Assembly: GCA_000934665.2 (NCBI GenBank)
Contig: KZ538318.1
Location: 1 to 64,000 of the forward strand
Direction of reading: 5' to 3'
Origin: Catajapyx aquilonaris
Taxonomy: Eukaryota
DNA: 64,000 bases
The notes beneath the pieces are model-generated. The model was given only the letters and a program-made list of their open reading frames with translations. It did no database searches and had not been told where the DNA came from. Position numbers and translations under genes: made by a program. This document shows positions 28,436-42,868 of the stretch, one piece after another (the first letter of the stretch is position 1; each line of letters begins with the position of its first letter).

Positions 28436-28567
28436 CAGTGAAACCTGTCTATTATGAACCCTGAAGAGATAAGGAACTTAAGTTTGCTCACAATAGAGGA
28501 ATTTCCTCACATTACTGTCAGTAAAATGAAAACTTGTTTGGTATGGACAATTTGGGAGATTTCAGTG
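28436..28567. mobile_element. Small degenerate pogo/Tigger-like MITE
   Basis: TA-cagtgaaacct ... agatttcagtg-TA imperfect terminal inverted ends. Confidence 0.4.
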
Positions 28568-28581
28568 TACATGTATAAGTA

Positions 28582-28969
28582 CAGTCCCGCTCGTAAAGAA
28601 TGGTGCGACTCTATGGACGAAATGTTTATCCTGATTATCGAGCATTATTCCCCACCTTAATTCAACAAAACCCTATGGACAACCTTTTCTGGACCTCTGG
28701 TGACTCATATGACTCATCCCGATTTTTAAATAAACATTTTAATGGCCAAAATGTTCAACCCGGTGCAATGCTTACGTAGATTTGATGTGAATTTCCCCCC
28801 TAAAATTTCCTACTTAGCTTTGTTTTTCTCTTCTCTTTTTTATTTTGTTTTGATTCCCTTTTCCGGGACTTCCTCATCACCCCTAAAAACATGCTGGCGA
28901 CCCAGGGGTTGGGAACAGAATAAACATTTCGTCCATATAGAGTCGTACCATTCTTTATGAACGGTACTG
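28582..28969. mobile_element. Tc1/mariner-superfamily MITE, 388 bp
   Basis: About 50-bp imperfect TIRs (cagtcccgctcgtaaagaatggtgcgactctatggacgaaatgtttat and its reverse complement); TA on both flanks; no ORF. Confidence 0.85.
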
Positions 28970-29129
28970 TACAATATGTCTTTATAATGAGGCAGCAGTG
29001 TATTTTTAGCTTGTGTGTTGGGTAACAAATATTCTTTTAGGCTCCCAGCTGCATGCATGGCTACATCAATTGGAGCTAATGAAGGGGTAATCCTGAGTTT
29101 ATGATATTAATTGCAATGTTTGGCTTTGA

Positions 29130-29423
<294 letters not shown>

Positions 29424-30147
29424 TGAAAATTCAAGGTTCATTTGTGTATACAAGATATACAGTTACACGCCAGCAATAACTAACAGAAGTGGTGTATTAT
29501 GCTCATTATTGATGCGACAACGTTGCATCGAAATATGTACTGTACCTTGTAATAATAACATAATGTAACCAAATATGTGCTACATGTTGATATTTAAGAG
29601 ATAATTTGCTATTATTAAATGGTAGTGATAACACATATTGCCACGTTCAAATAATATCTATTACTGACCTGCTCTACATAACTGTTTCGGGTGGCATTCT
29701 CTAGCTTATGACTTAACTCAAGTGAGTTTTACAAAAGCTATTCTTAATGGATTAACCTTTGCACAAACAATGGTGTAAGTAAATATAAATGGTTGTAATA
29801 AGTTGATATTGAATTAACATTACATTGATCTAATAGCTAGTTCATTAAGTTATGTGAGTTTGTTAACCCTCTTGATTGCAGGACCCACGTACGTGCATTA
29901 GCCAACTTTATGCAATATGAATTTGTTAGTTGCAATTTATATTACAATTTGTCGCTTACAGTACATGTTGATAGAGGAAACCCTTTTATATTTCTGAGAT
30001 CATGGGATAATAACTTACTATGCTGCTGATAAATTTATTCCTCAGTTTTGATTAGACTTCCTGACCAATTTAATATTCTCTCCTGCACAAAACACATTGT
30101 GCATATGTGTTTTAGAAAGTCACAGGTTTCTCCTTTGCTCCTTCCAG

Positions 30148-30335
30148 GTGCACAAGAATATGGAGAGGCGGCGGCATACATCCAGGCGCAGTTTGAGGCC
30201 AAGAACAAGTCAACAACAAAGGAAATCTACTGCCATATGACCTGTGCCACTGACACCAACAACATCCAGTTTGTGTTTGATGCTGTCACTGACGTCATTA
30301 TTGCCAACAACCTGCGAGGATGCGGGCTATACTGA
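30148..30335 (+). CDS. Galphao: G protein alpha-o, last coding exon ending [13 protein letters not shown]
   Basis: ttccag acceptor; 188 nt; TCATDT G5 motif; C-terminal CGLY with Cys at -4 is diagnostic of Go. Confidence 0.98.
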
Positions 30336-30677
30336 GAGGATACCTCTAGGTCAAGAAAAGAAAGAAAATGTTTTACACTTCTAAACGTGGGAATTGTGTG
30401 CTGTCTGGGCAGAGAAAAGTTAGAGCTCAGGAATTCCGGGGGCCTACCTACTTCCGGAAAAGTGTTGGTTTTATATTGCATTGTGTTGAAGGTTGGCATT
30501 TTCCGGGTTTTATCAGTTCCAGTGGGTTATAGGAAACAAATATCCAACTCCCATTTTAAATTGTGTTTTTTTTTTTGTTAGTTTTATGGTTTGGCATCCA
30601 TGACAAAATATCAGCATGTTGCTGTTTTATTATACCTCATAATTTGAGCTGTAAAATTTTCCTAGTATTTTTTTCTA

Positions 30678-30711
<34 letters not shown>

Positions 30712-33700
30712 GAGTATGACAGTTTATGTGAACCGGGGAGAGTTGGCCCCCCAATCTTACAAGCACATATTCAAATTGAAACAACCCTTGGCAAGGCATG
30801 ATTAGGCCACAGTCACATGGGAAAGCCAGGTATATGAACTGTCCTCCTTTCCCAACTTATTGGAATAATTTATTTCCCCAGCTGTACTCACTTAAGGGCT
30901 GGTTTTCATTAAAAAGCACAAGGAACAGTACACACTTAACACACAAATAGCCACAAAGCGCAGAATGACAAAAGACTAGGTGAACGATGTGAATCCATGA
31001 TGATGACAATGACCGTTAACATTATGATTACTACCACATTACTAGGATTTTGAAGTGGGGCATGAGGAAAAATAAAATAAAGTAAAAATCCTGCTGCAAC
31101 CAATGCGCAGGTTCCGTGTATGTGCACGAGGCACACCATCTTGTTTTCTTTTTCATTAGTTACTTTTGTGTGAATTTTTAAAGACTCTGTGTAAATAACA
31201 TTTCCATGGAATTTCATGACTTCATTTCTTGTTTTGGTCGTGCTCTCCCGTTCCTAAGAAAGAGAGAGAGAGAGAGAGAGGAAAAAATAGGGAATTTATT
31301 CCTCAAAGGAAACAGTCATTCCTTGCCTATTAACCCCAAAATCACAAGTTTGACCCAAACTTGGCCAGTCTAATTTTTTATTCCTTCCTTGGGTGGTTTG
31401 ATGAGGGAGGATTTTTGACACTTTTTTCACCTGTTACTTTGACCCCTTCATGTGCACATGTGTTCCTATTCTCTAATACTTCCATCATATGAATTGGTTC
31501 TGATTATTTTCTTGCTGATATCATTTGCAAGCAGATGAAGCGACATTTTCTGCATTGACATTGGTGCAAGTTTTCTTATAAAGTGCTCTGTGACACCTAA
31601 TAGTAGTTATATACAGCACAGAACTGGATATCTGCAGAATGTCTTGCAGGTTATGTCACACAGCATACATTTTGAGAAATGGTGCAGTACATTCAGACTT
31701 TTACAAAACTCCACTTTTATTTTGTTGACTTGCATGCCTTGATGAGGCAGTTTTAACAAGTATACATTACTTCATTGTCACATCCCGTCTGATTGATAAA
31801 GGAATCTCTGCCATGAATTTGCATTTGACATGTTCTAGTCACTACTCTATTGATATTTTTTTGCCAACATACTGGTCATTTTATTATAAGTATTTCTTTT
31901 GCAAATTTTTTATTTGTAAAGCAATGTTTATTGCCATGAAGCTGTTGCTAGTGTCACAAATGCAAAGGTGATATTTATTTTAATTTATTGCTATTACTAG
32001 TGGTAGTTACTTGTTTAAGTTGTACATAGATGCTTTATGAATTTTTATTTCCAATTGAAAGTTGGAGAGAGTGTGATATCGCGAAACAAAGGCATCCATG
32101 ACACCAGCCAGTAAACGCAAAAATCCTCCCTTCAAACCAGCTCACTAAAGAATGAGTCCTGAAACATTTTTCACCAATCCACAGCTTAAAAGGGACGAAA
32201 CAAAAAGACACCCAGCAGATATTCACCGCTGTGTTAGTTCGTAGCCACTTAGCCAGACGCAAGTGAGACGGACTCATATCTTTGATTGAATTGCATGGAA
32301 GAAAATGCCCCTTCCTGACCTTACCCGAAGATTTGAGCGATAGCTTTTTATTTGATTTTTTAGGAAAATCATCCATTACATTATAATGTCTATTTTTATT
32401 TGTCCATGTGACCAAAAAAGTTACGCTACAGACTTTGACGCCCTGAGAAATATTACGACAAACCCCGCCAGACAGCTGTGGACTGCTTTGATCAAATAGC
32501 AGAGGAAATGTTTGTTTCTTGTTTTTAAACCAGTGGTTAAGAAGAACTGAGAAGAAACGAGTGTGAAGCGAGAAAAAAAAAAAGAGAAATGTATGTTAAC
32601 AAAGCAGGACGGCTCAATCAAAAATGTGGGTGTTGTGGCAATTTCTCTCTTGTTTTTGTATTTTTTGGGCGACCTTTCCTCAGGCTTGGAACAAGTGTTT
32701 GGGACCACAACACACGCGTACACACACTTACACACACATGCTAATTCTAAGCGTTCTATTGCGGGAGCGATGACTGTTGGTTAGGAGAATATTTGCAAGA
32801 GAGTCTCCCTCCCCTTCCCCACCCCCCAAATGTTCTGATGTGAACTTTTGCAAAGAAAAATAATAATTACAAAAAAAGAGTGAAAGAGAAAGGGAAAGAC
32901 TAAAGGAAGAGAAGTTTTGCTTTCCTGTCCTTGTGAGTGTTGCTTTTTGTAGTCAGAAAGGCGAGCGAGTGGCTCTCTCTGTACAAGTGTGTAATGCTCT
33001 CCCGTTCTTCTCCTACCCACCTCCCCCTCCCTCTTCCCGTGACTTGGTAAAGAAGTGATGGGAAAGTCAAATTTTTTTTTTGCTAAAACTACGCTGTTTA
33101 AGGAGACCTGATTTGTGCATTCATCTCACACGCATCGTCACAACATTTTTCCAAGTTCTTCATTCCATTTGTCTATGCCTTCATGCAAATTAATTTTCAA
33201 ATCTGCATATTGCAAGCACATTTCAGTGGGTGGGGACACTTCAATTGCAAGAAATTTTCAATCTTAGTGCCAGAAACTTCTTCCCATTTCAAAAATGGAC
33301 CAGTACATTGCGAGAAATATTCCGGTGGTGCAAAATAATGCAGCAACGTGGGCATTGTTTTGTTACTTGCGTACAAAATGTTGTGATTTATTGGGAAAGC
33401 GAATGATGTTCTAGCCTTAAATTTTACAGATACCAGTAACTCATTAGTACATGAGCAAACGGTTACTCGAATAGGTCATTGTTAGTAATGAAACGGCACA
33501 GGAATTGGCGCATTTTTTGCATTGATAATAGTTACATTTAATGGACAAGGGTTCACTTCTTATTTATTACCAGGGACATGGCCATAAATTGCATAATTAT
33601 ATTTGGGGAGGGCTGGTTGCAGTATAGTTTGTTAGACCTAAAATTACGCTAAATTAGGATCCACTCTAGGTAAAGAAGGTAATGACAATCGCTTCTAACT

Positions 33701-35280
33701 CGGTGCAGCAAGAGTCCAAGTTTGCGAAGTTCATGGCTAAAGTTTTGTGCCAAATTTTAGTGATGGTTGTGACTGTTGGCAAATATGAAAATTATGGCCA
33801 CGCCTCTGCACAAAAAAATAAGTGTTTCTAATAGAAATCAAAAGAAACCCTGTATCCTTGACTACAACTGGCATATGACTCCCTGAACCTCTTGTGGCCT
33901 TCGTTCACACAGATTTCAATTGCATGAAAATGGCCATTTATGGTGTCACATGCATTTGATTTTCAATATTAAGGTGTATCTTTCCCATGATATTTTTCTT
34001 GCCGCTTTTCGCTACGATGCTGTAGAGTGTGTGGGAATCTTGGATTCTCCTTTGGTTTTAGTGAGAAGCGAAGGGATGAATATCTGCAGGGAAGGCCATC
34101 AACCATCATTTTCATGCAGTTGAATGGCTTGTGAAAGGGCCTTGACACAATGAACCACACCTGCAAACTGCTTCAACTCGTTGTTCACATATAGTGGTGC
34201 ATGTTTTATTTTTTTGAGACTCCCAGAGTGCGCATGTCATTTGCTTTGATGAAGAGAAAGAAAGAAAGAAAAAAAAAGTAAATTAGTGCCACTCGCTTGA
34301 GGAAATGAGTGACGATCATGGGTATACATCCTTCCTCCCTATCTCTGAAACGAAACAATATGAAGAAAAAAATTTGATTTTTAATCCCCTTCATCAAACA
34401 AAGTAACTGGTTTGGCCTATGTTAGAATGTTCAATGTATAAATGCCCTTCAAGTGCTGTTTTTCTGCCCTTTCCAAAAAGCGGATCATTGGAGTCCCCGC
34501 CCTATCCTCTAACTTTTGCTGCTCCCTAGACTGCACAACAGGGGAGCCTGTAAGAACAATCTCAAGAGGAAAGTGATTTTTGGAGAGCAAGAGAGCGTGA
34601 GAAACACAGACAAAAAAGAACATGGAACTACACTAGTGCGCTGTGTGACTCAAGAATGTCATCGTGATTATTTTTTTATTTGTTTCAGTTCTGTGCCCCC
34701 ACCGTGCACTCTACTGTGCATTCTCTGTGTGCCGTTTAGATTTACCCTGTTGCTGCTGCTGCCCGTATAAAAGAGAAAAAAAAAATAAGTAAGAAAAAAA
34801 AAACCCTGTTCAGAAGGGACTCATTTCCATAGTGATTGTGGTGAATATGCTAATGGTGATTATGGTGACAGGTGTTGATTATTCCAAGCTCCCCATCAGT
34901 TGTCCACAGAATTAATGACACCTGGTGTGCCTCATGATAAGGCTTAATTTTGTGTTTTTAGGCCCCATTTTCTCCCAACCCATCCACTTCCTATCCTACA
35001 AACCTCCTCCCACTTTCTTGTTTACTGAGGGCGAGAGAGTTTAAAAAATAAAAAATAAAGTTTCAAAAAAAAAGAAGGTATGGCTGCATAAGAGAAACTA
35101 ATGGTGAGGCCCACGAGCCCCTTTTCCTTCTTTCCTGCTGTGTGCAGATGCGTCTCAAACTTATTACTTAGCCTGAAAAAGCCTAGCTTAGCCTAGCCTT
35201 GCTGCTGAAACAGTTGGATTGATAATTTTTATTCGAGGTACCAAATATTGTCGAATAAACGTAATTTCATTTCATGACCC
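30336..35280 (+). other. Probable long 3' UTR of Galphao with proximal and distal polyA signals
   Basis: A/U-tract-rich, no coding exons; AATAAA at 31071, 35047, 35054 and 35254. The extent is inferred. Confidence 0.45.
30679..30711. repeat. (TAT)n microsatellite in the Galphao 3' region
   Basis: Direct reading. Confidence 0.9.
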
Positions 35281-36284
35281 ATGAAGAGTTTTTCTCCCTC
35301 ACTGTGCTGTACCTCTCTTAATTTTTTCAGTTTTTCTGAAGTTTCAGGTTTACTGGTCTTCTTCCCAAAATGTGACCCTTTATACTAACATATGCCGTGG
35401 CAGTTAATAGAAGTGCAATAGCACTCGCTCCATTTCTTGACCTTATTGCTATTATTAGTTCCGTCTAATGGGATAGACAACTCTTCTTGTTTGAGTGACC
35501 TCATAAGCGGAGCTAGATAAGACCTGTCTGGGTTTCATTTGGGAGCCATAACGATGGCGGGGGTGGGGGGTGGGGGGTGGGGGAGAGAGGATTATACGAT
35601 GAGCTGTAAATGGGATAGAACTGATAGATTAAAGCGAAAGGACACGGGTCGAGAACCGGAGACACTGGAAAGGTCCTGTTACTTATGTGGTGTAATGAGA
35701 GCACACCAAACTATATCGCCAGACACGAGTTCCACTCTAGCTAAATCTCTTATCGACGAGGACGATTGATTGAAAAGTCACCTTGATTATTCCTATACGT
35801 TGATAGTGAATATATTTACAGTTGGATCACATTTGATATTTATCGCTGTTACCTGCAAGTGGGCATGTGGCAGTGGTATGTAAGGTAAATCCACCAATTT
35901 GTGCCCCCCCCCCCCGCCCTGATTTTCTCGTCCAATCCCAAAATCCAGGTTTACCTTATTTGTAATATTTGCACACGCAAGGATTGACACTTACGGTCAA
36001 TTTACAAAAATTTCGAGCCAAAAAAATCACCGGATATTTCTAGTTTGCTGGATATGCTTAAGAACTAATCAGAGAGTTGCTGTGCTTCAATTGTCAAAAT
36101 TTTGTGCTGATCACGTCGTGAACATTTAATATTCGAAGTCATATCACATCAGTAAGCATGCAAATGAGCTGGGGTGGTCATTTTAAAAATTTCTGATGAA
36201 TTCTTCATATCATAAGAATTTTTTCTGGCTGATAAGGCACGTATTTTGCATTGTATATATACGATCAATTTAGTTTCCGTTGTG

Positions 36285-36853
36285 CAGTTGAATCCGGATA
36301 TAACAGACTTCAAGGGACCGCGGAAAACAGTCTGTTATAACTACAGTATACCCGAGGTCTGTTACAACCAAATCGCCAATTTTGCAACTAATACAGAAGT
36401 TTTCTGGTTTCATATGCTTAAAATGCACACTACTGCATACTGATTAATGAAACTATCCACAAACATGCAAAATTAGCTCACCCATAACGTAATTAGGACC
36501 AAAAAAACGTCATTTTCTTCTGCTGTCTCGTCCTTACCAAATACACCAGAAAAAGAATGATTTTGACAATTTCGGAAAGTGTTACATCAGTGACAGATGG
36601 GAAAATCACCCCATCTCCATTATGCAGTGCTTTCCTCGCGTGGAAAATGAGGCTGAGTAATCTAAAGCAGCATATTTTCCCTTCTCAAGGGTCCAAGAAA
36701 TAGTCTGTTGCACCCGAGGTGAGGTGAAAATGAGTCTGCTATATCAGGAGTAAAAATACAGAGGACCTTATGGAAGTTTACTGGGACCGGCCTTCGAGTC
36801 TGTTATAACCGAAAGTATGTTACAGCCGAGGCTGTTATATCCGGATTCAACTG
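36285..36853. mobile_element. pogo/Tigger-like MITE, 569 bp
   Basis: Perfect 22-bp TIRs cagttgaatccggatataacag; TA on the right flank, TG on the left; repeated internal (g)tctgttataac motifs. Confidence 0.88.
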
Positions 36854-37901
36854 TATTTTCTAGGGGAAAATGTCTCAAAGGTTTATCCTGAAAATTCCCC
36901 TATCACGAAGTTTATACAGCAATAATATCATTATAATTTATACCGTACAGTACGGTACGTATAGTTTTTATCAATTCCTTGATAAATTATGTTTCTGATA
37001 TTGGAAATATGGAAGCTTAGCTGAAATATCCTGCTCTTCTGACCACCCGGCTTACAGCTTCATGAGGCCAAGTTGGAGAATTGACCGAGCGAATGGAAAA
37101 TGAAAACACTGATGTCTACTACTTATTATTGCGGGTTCAAATACTAGAAAATTGAATCCCGATGAAAGTTAGCGTTTGTGCCAGAGGTGACAAAACCTAT
37201 TTAAATATTTTCATTCTACGAGTATATCGACATTGTTCTCTATGTAGGCTACGTAAAATCATGCTTGTGAATGAATATACCAAAAAGTATCCTGGGACTA
37301 AGCAACCACCAGCACTTCAATTTTTCATGTCTTCACACCGTAATAAATGTATAGCGCAATATATCCGAAATTTAATATCGCTGAAACATACAGTGCTCTA
37401 CTGATAACCCCCCAAAAAATATTGCCAAAATATTTATGGGTCGTGCCGAAATTTTGCATCCTCTTCAAAAATATTTAACCCTTCACATTTGTCCAAATGA
37501 GCTGCGCAATGCACAATACGATTGATCCGGTATTAGTGATTAGGTTACATCCGCGAATCTTGATCTTGGTGACACGTTGGTGACGTACCCTCCGAATAGG
37601 CGTGCCTTTGTATGCGCCGAGAAGGGTGCGCGCAGACTTGGCGCGCTTGTTCCTCGGGAGTAAAGGTTGGGTTTCAGCGATAGTTCGGCACTGTCGCGGT
37701 TCCAGACGTGTTGCTCTTTGCCCTCTTTCCCCCCTTAACCCACCCTCCTCCCCAAACCTCCCCTTTCCGTCATACACACACACACACACACATCACCCCC
37801 ACCCCCGTCCTATACTCCACCTACACACACGTTATTTCTGCGTGGTCTATTGTGTGACGTCACGGGGCGACCGGAACTACGGACCTGGTGGAATATCGCC
37901 C

Positions 37902-37917
37902 ATGCCGGGAAAGGTTG
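37902..37917 (+). CDS. HNF4: Candidate short first coding exon of HNF4 (MPGKV)
   Basis: ATG in gcccATG context downstream of a GC-rich, CRE-containing segment; phase-1 donor G/gtacca is in frame with exon 38363. No homology support. Confidence 0.3.
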
Positions 37918-38362
37918 GTACCACTAAATTTTGGCTAAAAAATTGCGACCGTACAGGGTGTCACTTTTCTTAGTAGCCTTGAAATCATGTAAAGTGCGCG
38001 ATAATTGCCCCCCAAAAAATGTGAACGTTTTAAAAAAATCGGAAGACGTACCAAAAGTAATGCGTGCATATTTCCTTGAAGCATTCTGAGCAATGCAAAA
38101 AAAAAAATCGGGAAGGAATTTATTCAACATGTCTATATCAATATTCCAAGAAGTATCAAAGCGTGAAATTGTGATAAAAATATCTTAGGGGTGAACTTGA
38201 CGCAATTTTTCAGTCAGATGATCATGAAACATTGTTTCCTCCTTAGCTGATGTCTTATTCGCAATATTGTTGCCTAAATTGTTGCAAAAATCCTTTCTTT
38301 ATCACTTACTCATAATTTGGTCCAAATTTTTGGCTGATATGCATATGTTCTTGTAATTCCAG

Positions 38363-38524
38363 AGACAAGAATCAAGGTGGGCGTGATGGAGAACGGGGGG
38401 CTGGGGGAGGCGGGGGTGTCGGTAATGTCGTCACCAGTGGCGCCGACGCCCCCGACGCACTCCACCCCCTCCGTCATCGTGCAAAATGCCGCCGTCGCAT
38501 CCCTCATCCACGCTCCTGGATCAG
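38363..38524 (+). CDS. HNF4: HNF4 N-terminal A/B-domain exon (VGVMENGGLGEAGVSVMSSPVAPTPPTHSTPSVIVQNAAVASLIHAPGS)
   Basis: ttccag acceptor and CAG/gtcagt donor; GC-rich coding-like island; in-frame ATG at 38386; phase 1 matches the DBD exon at 42694. Confidence 0.7.
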
Positions 38525-41500
38525 GTCAGTTCCTTTTTCTCCGTGACATCCATTGGATTTAAGTCGACAACAATCAATCAGAAATTTGTCTGTTAAATAT
38601 CTTCAGAAAAATCTGTCGACAAAGCAACTTACTGACATTTCCCCATAATCACTGTTTCGAGTTCCTTCAGGGTGACCATCACCCTGTTTTCTTGAGCAAG
38701 TCTTTTATCGTTGCAAAGTGTGAACTAAGCACAAAAAAAGAGCCAGAGTTCTGTCACAACTCAACTGACTCTGTATCAGAGGATCCGTGACAGAGAACAT
38801 ATATATTGGTGATGGTAGTCCTTAAGTTCAAATTCCGACAGTTGTGAGGGTGCGCTTTGATCCTTCGCGTCATTCTCAAATAAGCAGGCAAGATAGTAAG
38901 TACAGGCAAACACCATTCATACCGCCGAAGGTCTAGTAATCACTCAGACTGTGACAAAACCAGGTGGTCCGGACTTTTACTCATGGAAATCCGGATAGTC
39001 CAGCTGGAGTCACTCTCCAGCAGTTTAGTAAGTTTACAGTTAAATTGCTGTGATATCTGCTGTGGCTTAGTGATACTGGTGCACCTGATGAGCACGTGAG
39101 AGATCGTGATACACAGTGACCGATTCAGGTCTATCCTCGTTGAACCTGTCAGTTTCGGGTGTCTTGAGATACGGATTGGTCCATAGATTTGAAATGTGGA
39201 GGAAATAAATCATGGGTATGGGGGGATATGTACAAGTGTATAGTTTCGGGGGACTTCCAGAGTTTAGTTGGTGTCAGTGAATCATCCAGTGTGCAGCTAC
39301 GTCACTTATCCTCCGCCATGTTAGGATCGGAATCTCACTCATTTCATGGTGAGTTAATTATGTTTGCATTTGTTAAGATGCATTGTGTAAATGTAAATGT
39401 CGAACTTAAATATGGAAGCATGCATAATTTATTTTGTTCCGGTTTTATGTCCGTCTGACACCTTCATATTAAAAAACATCGTCACGGGGAATTTCAAGTG
39501 GCTGACCTGTGCATGACAAGATCAAAAACTATTTCACTATAAAAATCCACGTTCGTGATGTATTAATTCTCATTTTGTTTACGGTTCTTATTGCGATAAG
39601 TGGTGACGATTGGTCAAAAACGATCGCATCAGTCCGAATAACAGTTGTCACGTGCCCAGTGTCGTCACCAACCACGTTTCCTATCCATGTCTTGTAGGTC
39701 ACCAATAATTTTCCCCTATGCAGATCCAAATTAGCGCAGACACAGCTAAGCTGCCAATTTTCTTAGCTTATTTATGGAATCACGTGATGTCATCACTGCA
39801 GCACGATCTCGATCTATAGAGAAATTGGGAGAGGGGGGGGGGGGGAACACATATCTGTATATGCAGACATATCTGGATGATTGCAGACCAAGAGAGGTCA
39901 GAATGGTCAGCAAGACCTTCCGGGAAGAGTTCATTGGCTGATGCAACATTAAGCGAAAATCCTCATTTGAAATGGCGCTCTGCATCCCGGATCAGCGATA
40001 AAATAATTGCGACTGCCCTTCAGCAATCAATGTTTTTTTTCGCTTAATTTATCTTATAAGTGTGAAGAGATATGTAGCACTCTATAAGTTATGGGAAATC
40101 CAGTGCATCGCAACAGGTCGTGCATGGATATAATAGATACTACGCAACATACTTGTCACAATGATTGATTGTTCAATTGCATAACCATACCTTTTTTAAA
40201 AAAAATTAAAGCTGGCTTCAAAACCTACTTGAGTCGATTTTTTGTAGGGCAACAAACTTCGGTGTTTATGGATTTTGTGTACCTTTAACAAAAAGGTCCG
40301 GAAGAAGCAAAGGCTCCGCCTTTTGTGCAAATTGACACAGAATAAGATTACACCTTTCTGAGACGCTGAAGGCCAACCCAACCAGGCACACTTTTAGTAT
40401 ATTTGTCTCTCACCACCTCCATTTTTTAACGACTTCTTTTGGGGTTAATCTGCACCACAATATGTCTGTTCTGTCTGAAAACCCGTCACCCCGAGATACT
40501 TAGTTAAATGGTCAGTCTGCTGAGTCGCCATCACCTTGACCTGTGTCTGGGAAATATGAAACTAGGGGACCTCCCCCAGCCGACACGCGCATCCTTATAT
40601 AAAGCAAAACTTTATTACGGTCGACGTGACCTTTGCCTTGAAAGCCATTGGCAGTTTGGACTCTGAGAGCGACGTCCAAGTTGAAGAGGAAACCCCCTGC
40701 TGCCATCAGCTGGGAATCTCCCAATGAAGACTTTGGACACCTTTGTCGTCATCCTTTCCGTCACCACCACCTGCCCTGCCACACTTTACAGTTTGTTTGG
40801 GTTCAGAAAACACTCCACCTGTGCAAGGTACAAAATCTTTGCCTTGACACCACTTTTATGAATGGAACATATCGGTTTGTGGCTGAAGGAAGGTTTCAAA
40901 ATTTGTGTGACGCACTATCATTTTATAAAGAGCGTAGTTAGCAGATATTAACGTGAGATGACATCGCTTTATCATGAGGTGGGCGTTGTGTGGCGAAATA
41001 GGAAGAGTGTTGCGAAGAAAGAAGTGTCAGATAAACAGAAGCGGTTGAGATACCGGCAAGGTCGTAGACAAATTTATTGGTACAAACACAGGCATAAAGT
41101 CTTGAACAAGGAAGAGGGACGTGGCAGTTAAAGCCATTTCACTAGCTATCTGTGTATGTATCCAAGTGCTGTGCTATCAGCTTACTAATCTTCTACTGTC
41201 GCTCTTGATATCGACCTCTCTTGAAATTCTCTTTATCTCAAACATGAGGCTCCCATAAAGCAATAGGCATCACCATTCTTCTCCCCAGTGATTTTATGAA
41301 AAATTTTCAGAAAGTTTTCTTCATCTTGTGACATGACGTTATCGGTGCCTCTGGACAATATGATTCTCGTACGTTGGAAGGTCCGATCCTTGGTTCAAAC
41401 AATTGTCGTGTAATCTAAGTAGAAAAGAAACGACCTTATAAAGAACCGTCAGACGTACCAGGTGAGGTCTGTCAGATAAGGTACAGGTGCTGATATATAG

Positions 41501-42693
41501 TCTATTGCTAGACTCCTTGCTATGGCCTCTTGCAGTCTACGCATACCCTAATTGTAAGAGCTGGATACAAGCGGTAAAACTGGATTTCTCGAAAGCCTAT
41601 AAGTAATCTGCAATATGTATAGACAGCTACAATGTATCCCCCCGCCCCCACTTTCAGATACCCCCCATATACCCAGCGACCTCGACGTTCCTCATATGTT
41701 TGCACGGTAGAGATCTCGGGCCCATGTTGCCACTTATAAAATATCACACATTGAACATGTGATCCGCGCGATGTTGCTATCTCTTCGTACTCACTGAGCT
41801 GTGGACAAAAGAAACTCCAACTTTAGAGTACGCCTGCTTGATGGAAGATTCATCGTGTTTCACTCGTGGTAGTTTACACGTACAGAACTCATAAAGATAA
41901 GTCCCCCTCGCTGCCCATAAGGTATATACGAAAACTAGAACGATGAGTGAGGGAGCAGAGCAATAAATTGTGAGTGTGGAGCAGATAATTTGAAAACTGG
42001 CTTTGGGTCCAGCCGTCTGAGAGCAGCCATCTTATCTGTTCTTCCATGGCCTTTGAGGTCACCCAGAGGGGGGGGGGTCATCTACAAGTCAAGGAAACGG
42101 GAACACACATGAGAAAGGGGGGAAAAAAATCATATCCTCATATATACAGGGAGGGGACCAACATCTCCAGAAACGGAGTCAGTGTCTCATTTTTTGTGTG
42201 CGCAGTGGAAAGAACCGGCCGCCAAGATGGCTGAGCAAGCAAAAGCGACATCAGCTTTATTCCAATGGTGTCCCCCATAAATAGCTCCTTTATCACTACC
42301 AGGCGACCCCGAGTTATCGTTTCCAAGCTGATTTCGAGGGGCTGATGAGGTTTTCTGCTGTCCAGATGGGCATGAGGTGTACTGCACATTATGAACAATT
42401 GGCCAACATTTTGGCGAATGCATTCAGGGAATTACAATCATCTTTCACGGAAGGAACTTGACGGAACTTGACGTCAAGGGGCATAGGTCGGTCGGAATAA
42501 CCTTTGGTCTTGTGACGTCAGGGTCCATCAGGAGGACACCCCCCCCCCCCTCGACTGGGGTTGTTGCCTCTGACACATGTTACACCTGAATCATCTAACT
42601 TTTTTAGTCATGCAGGCGTCTGACCATTATGTCAAAGCACCTAGATACTATTATTCCCGTCGTTTATAGCTGCTAATGGCTGTATTGTTTCAG

Positions 42694-42868
42694 AGACGGA
42701 TCTGCCGTTGACGACGACAGCTCTGGATTCAGCCGGAGGTGGACTGAGCCAGACGTGCGCCATTTGCGGCGACAGAGCCACGGGGAAACATTATGGCGCC
42801 GCCTCATGCGACGGATGCAAAGGATTCTTTCGAAGATCAGTACGAAAGAACCATGTATATTCCTGCAG
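42694..42868 (+). CDS. HNF4: HNF4 DNA-binding domain zinc finger 1 ([33 protein letters not shown])
   Basis: tttcag and gtaagt boundaries; 175 nt; NR2A P-box CDGCKG. Confidence 0.97.

Noticed and set aside
39084..39115. Hammerhead-like CTGATGAG-cacg...cgtg (similar case at 6334)
   Set aside because: The GAAA core is absent (GATA or GACA) and stems I/III do not form.
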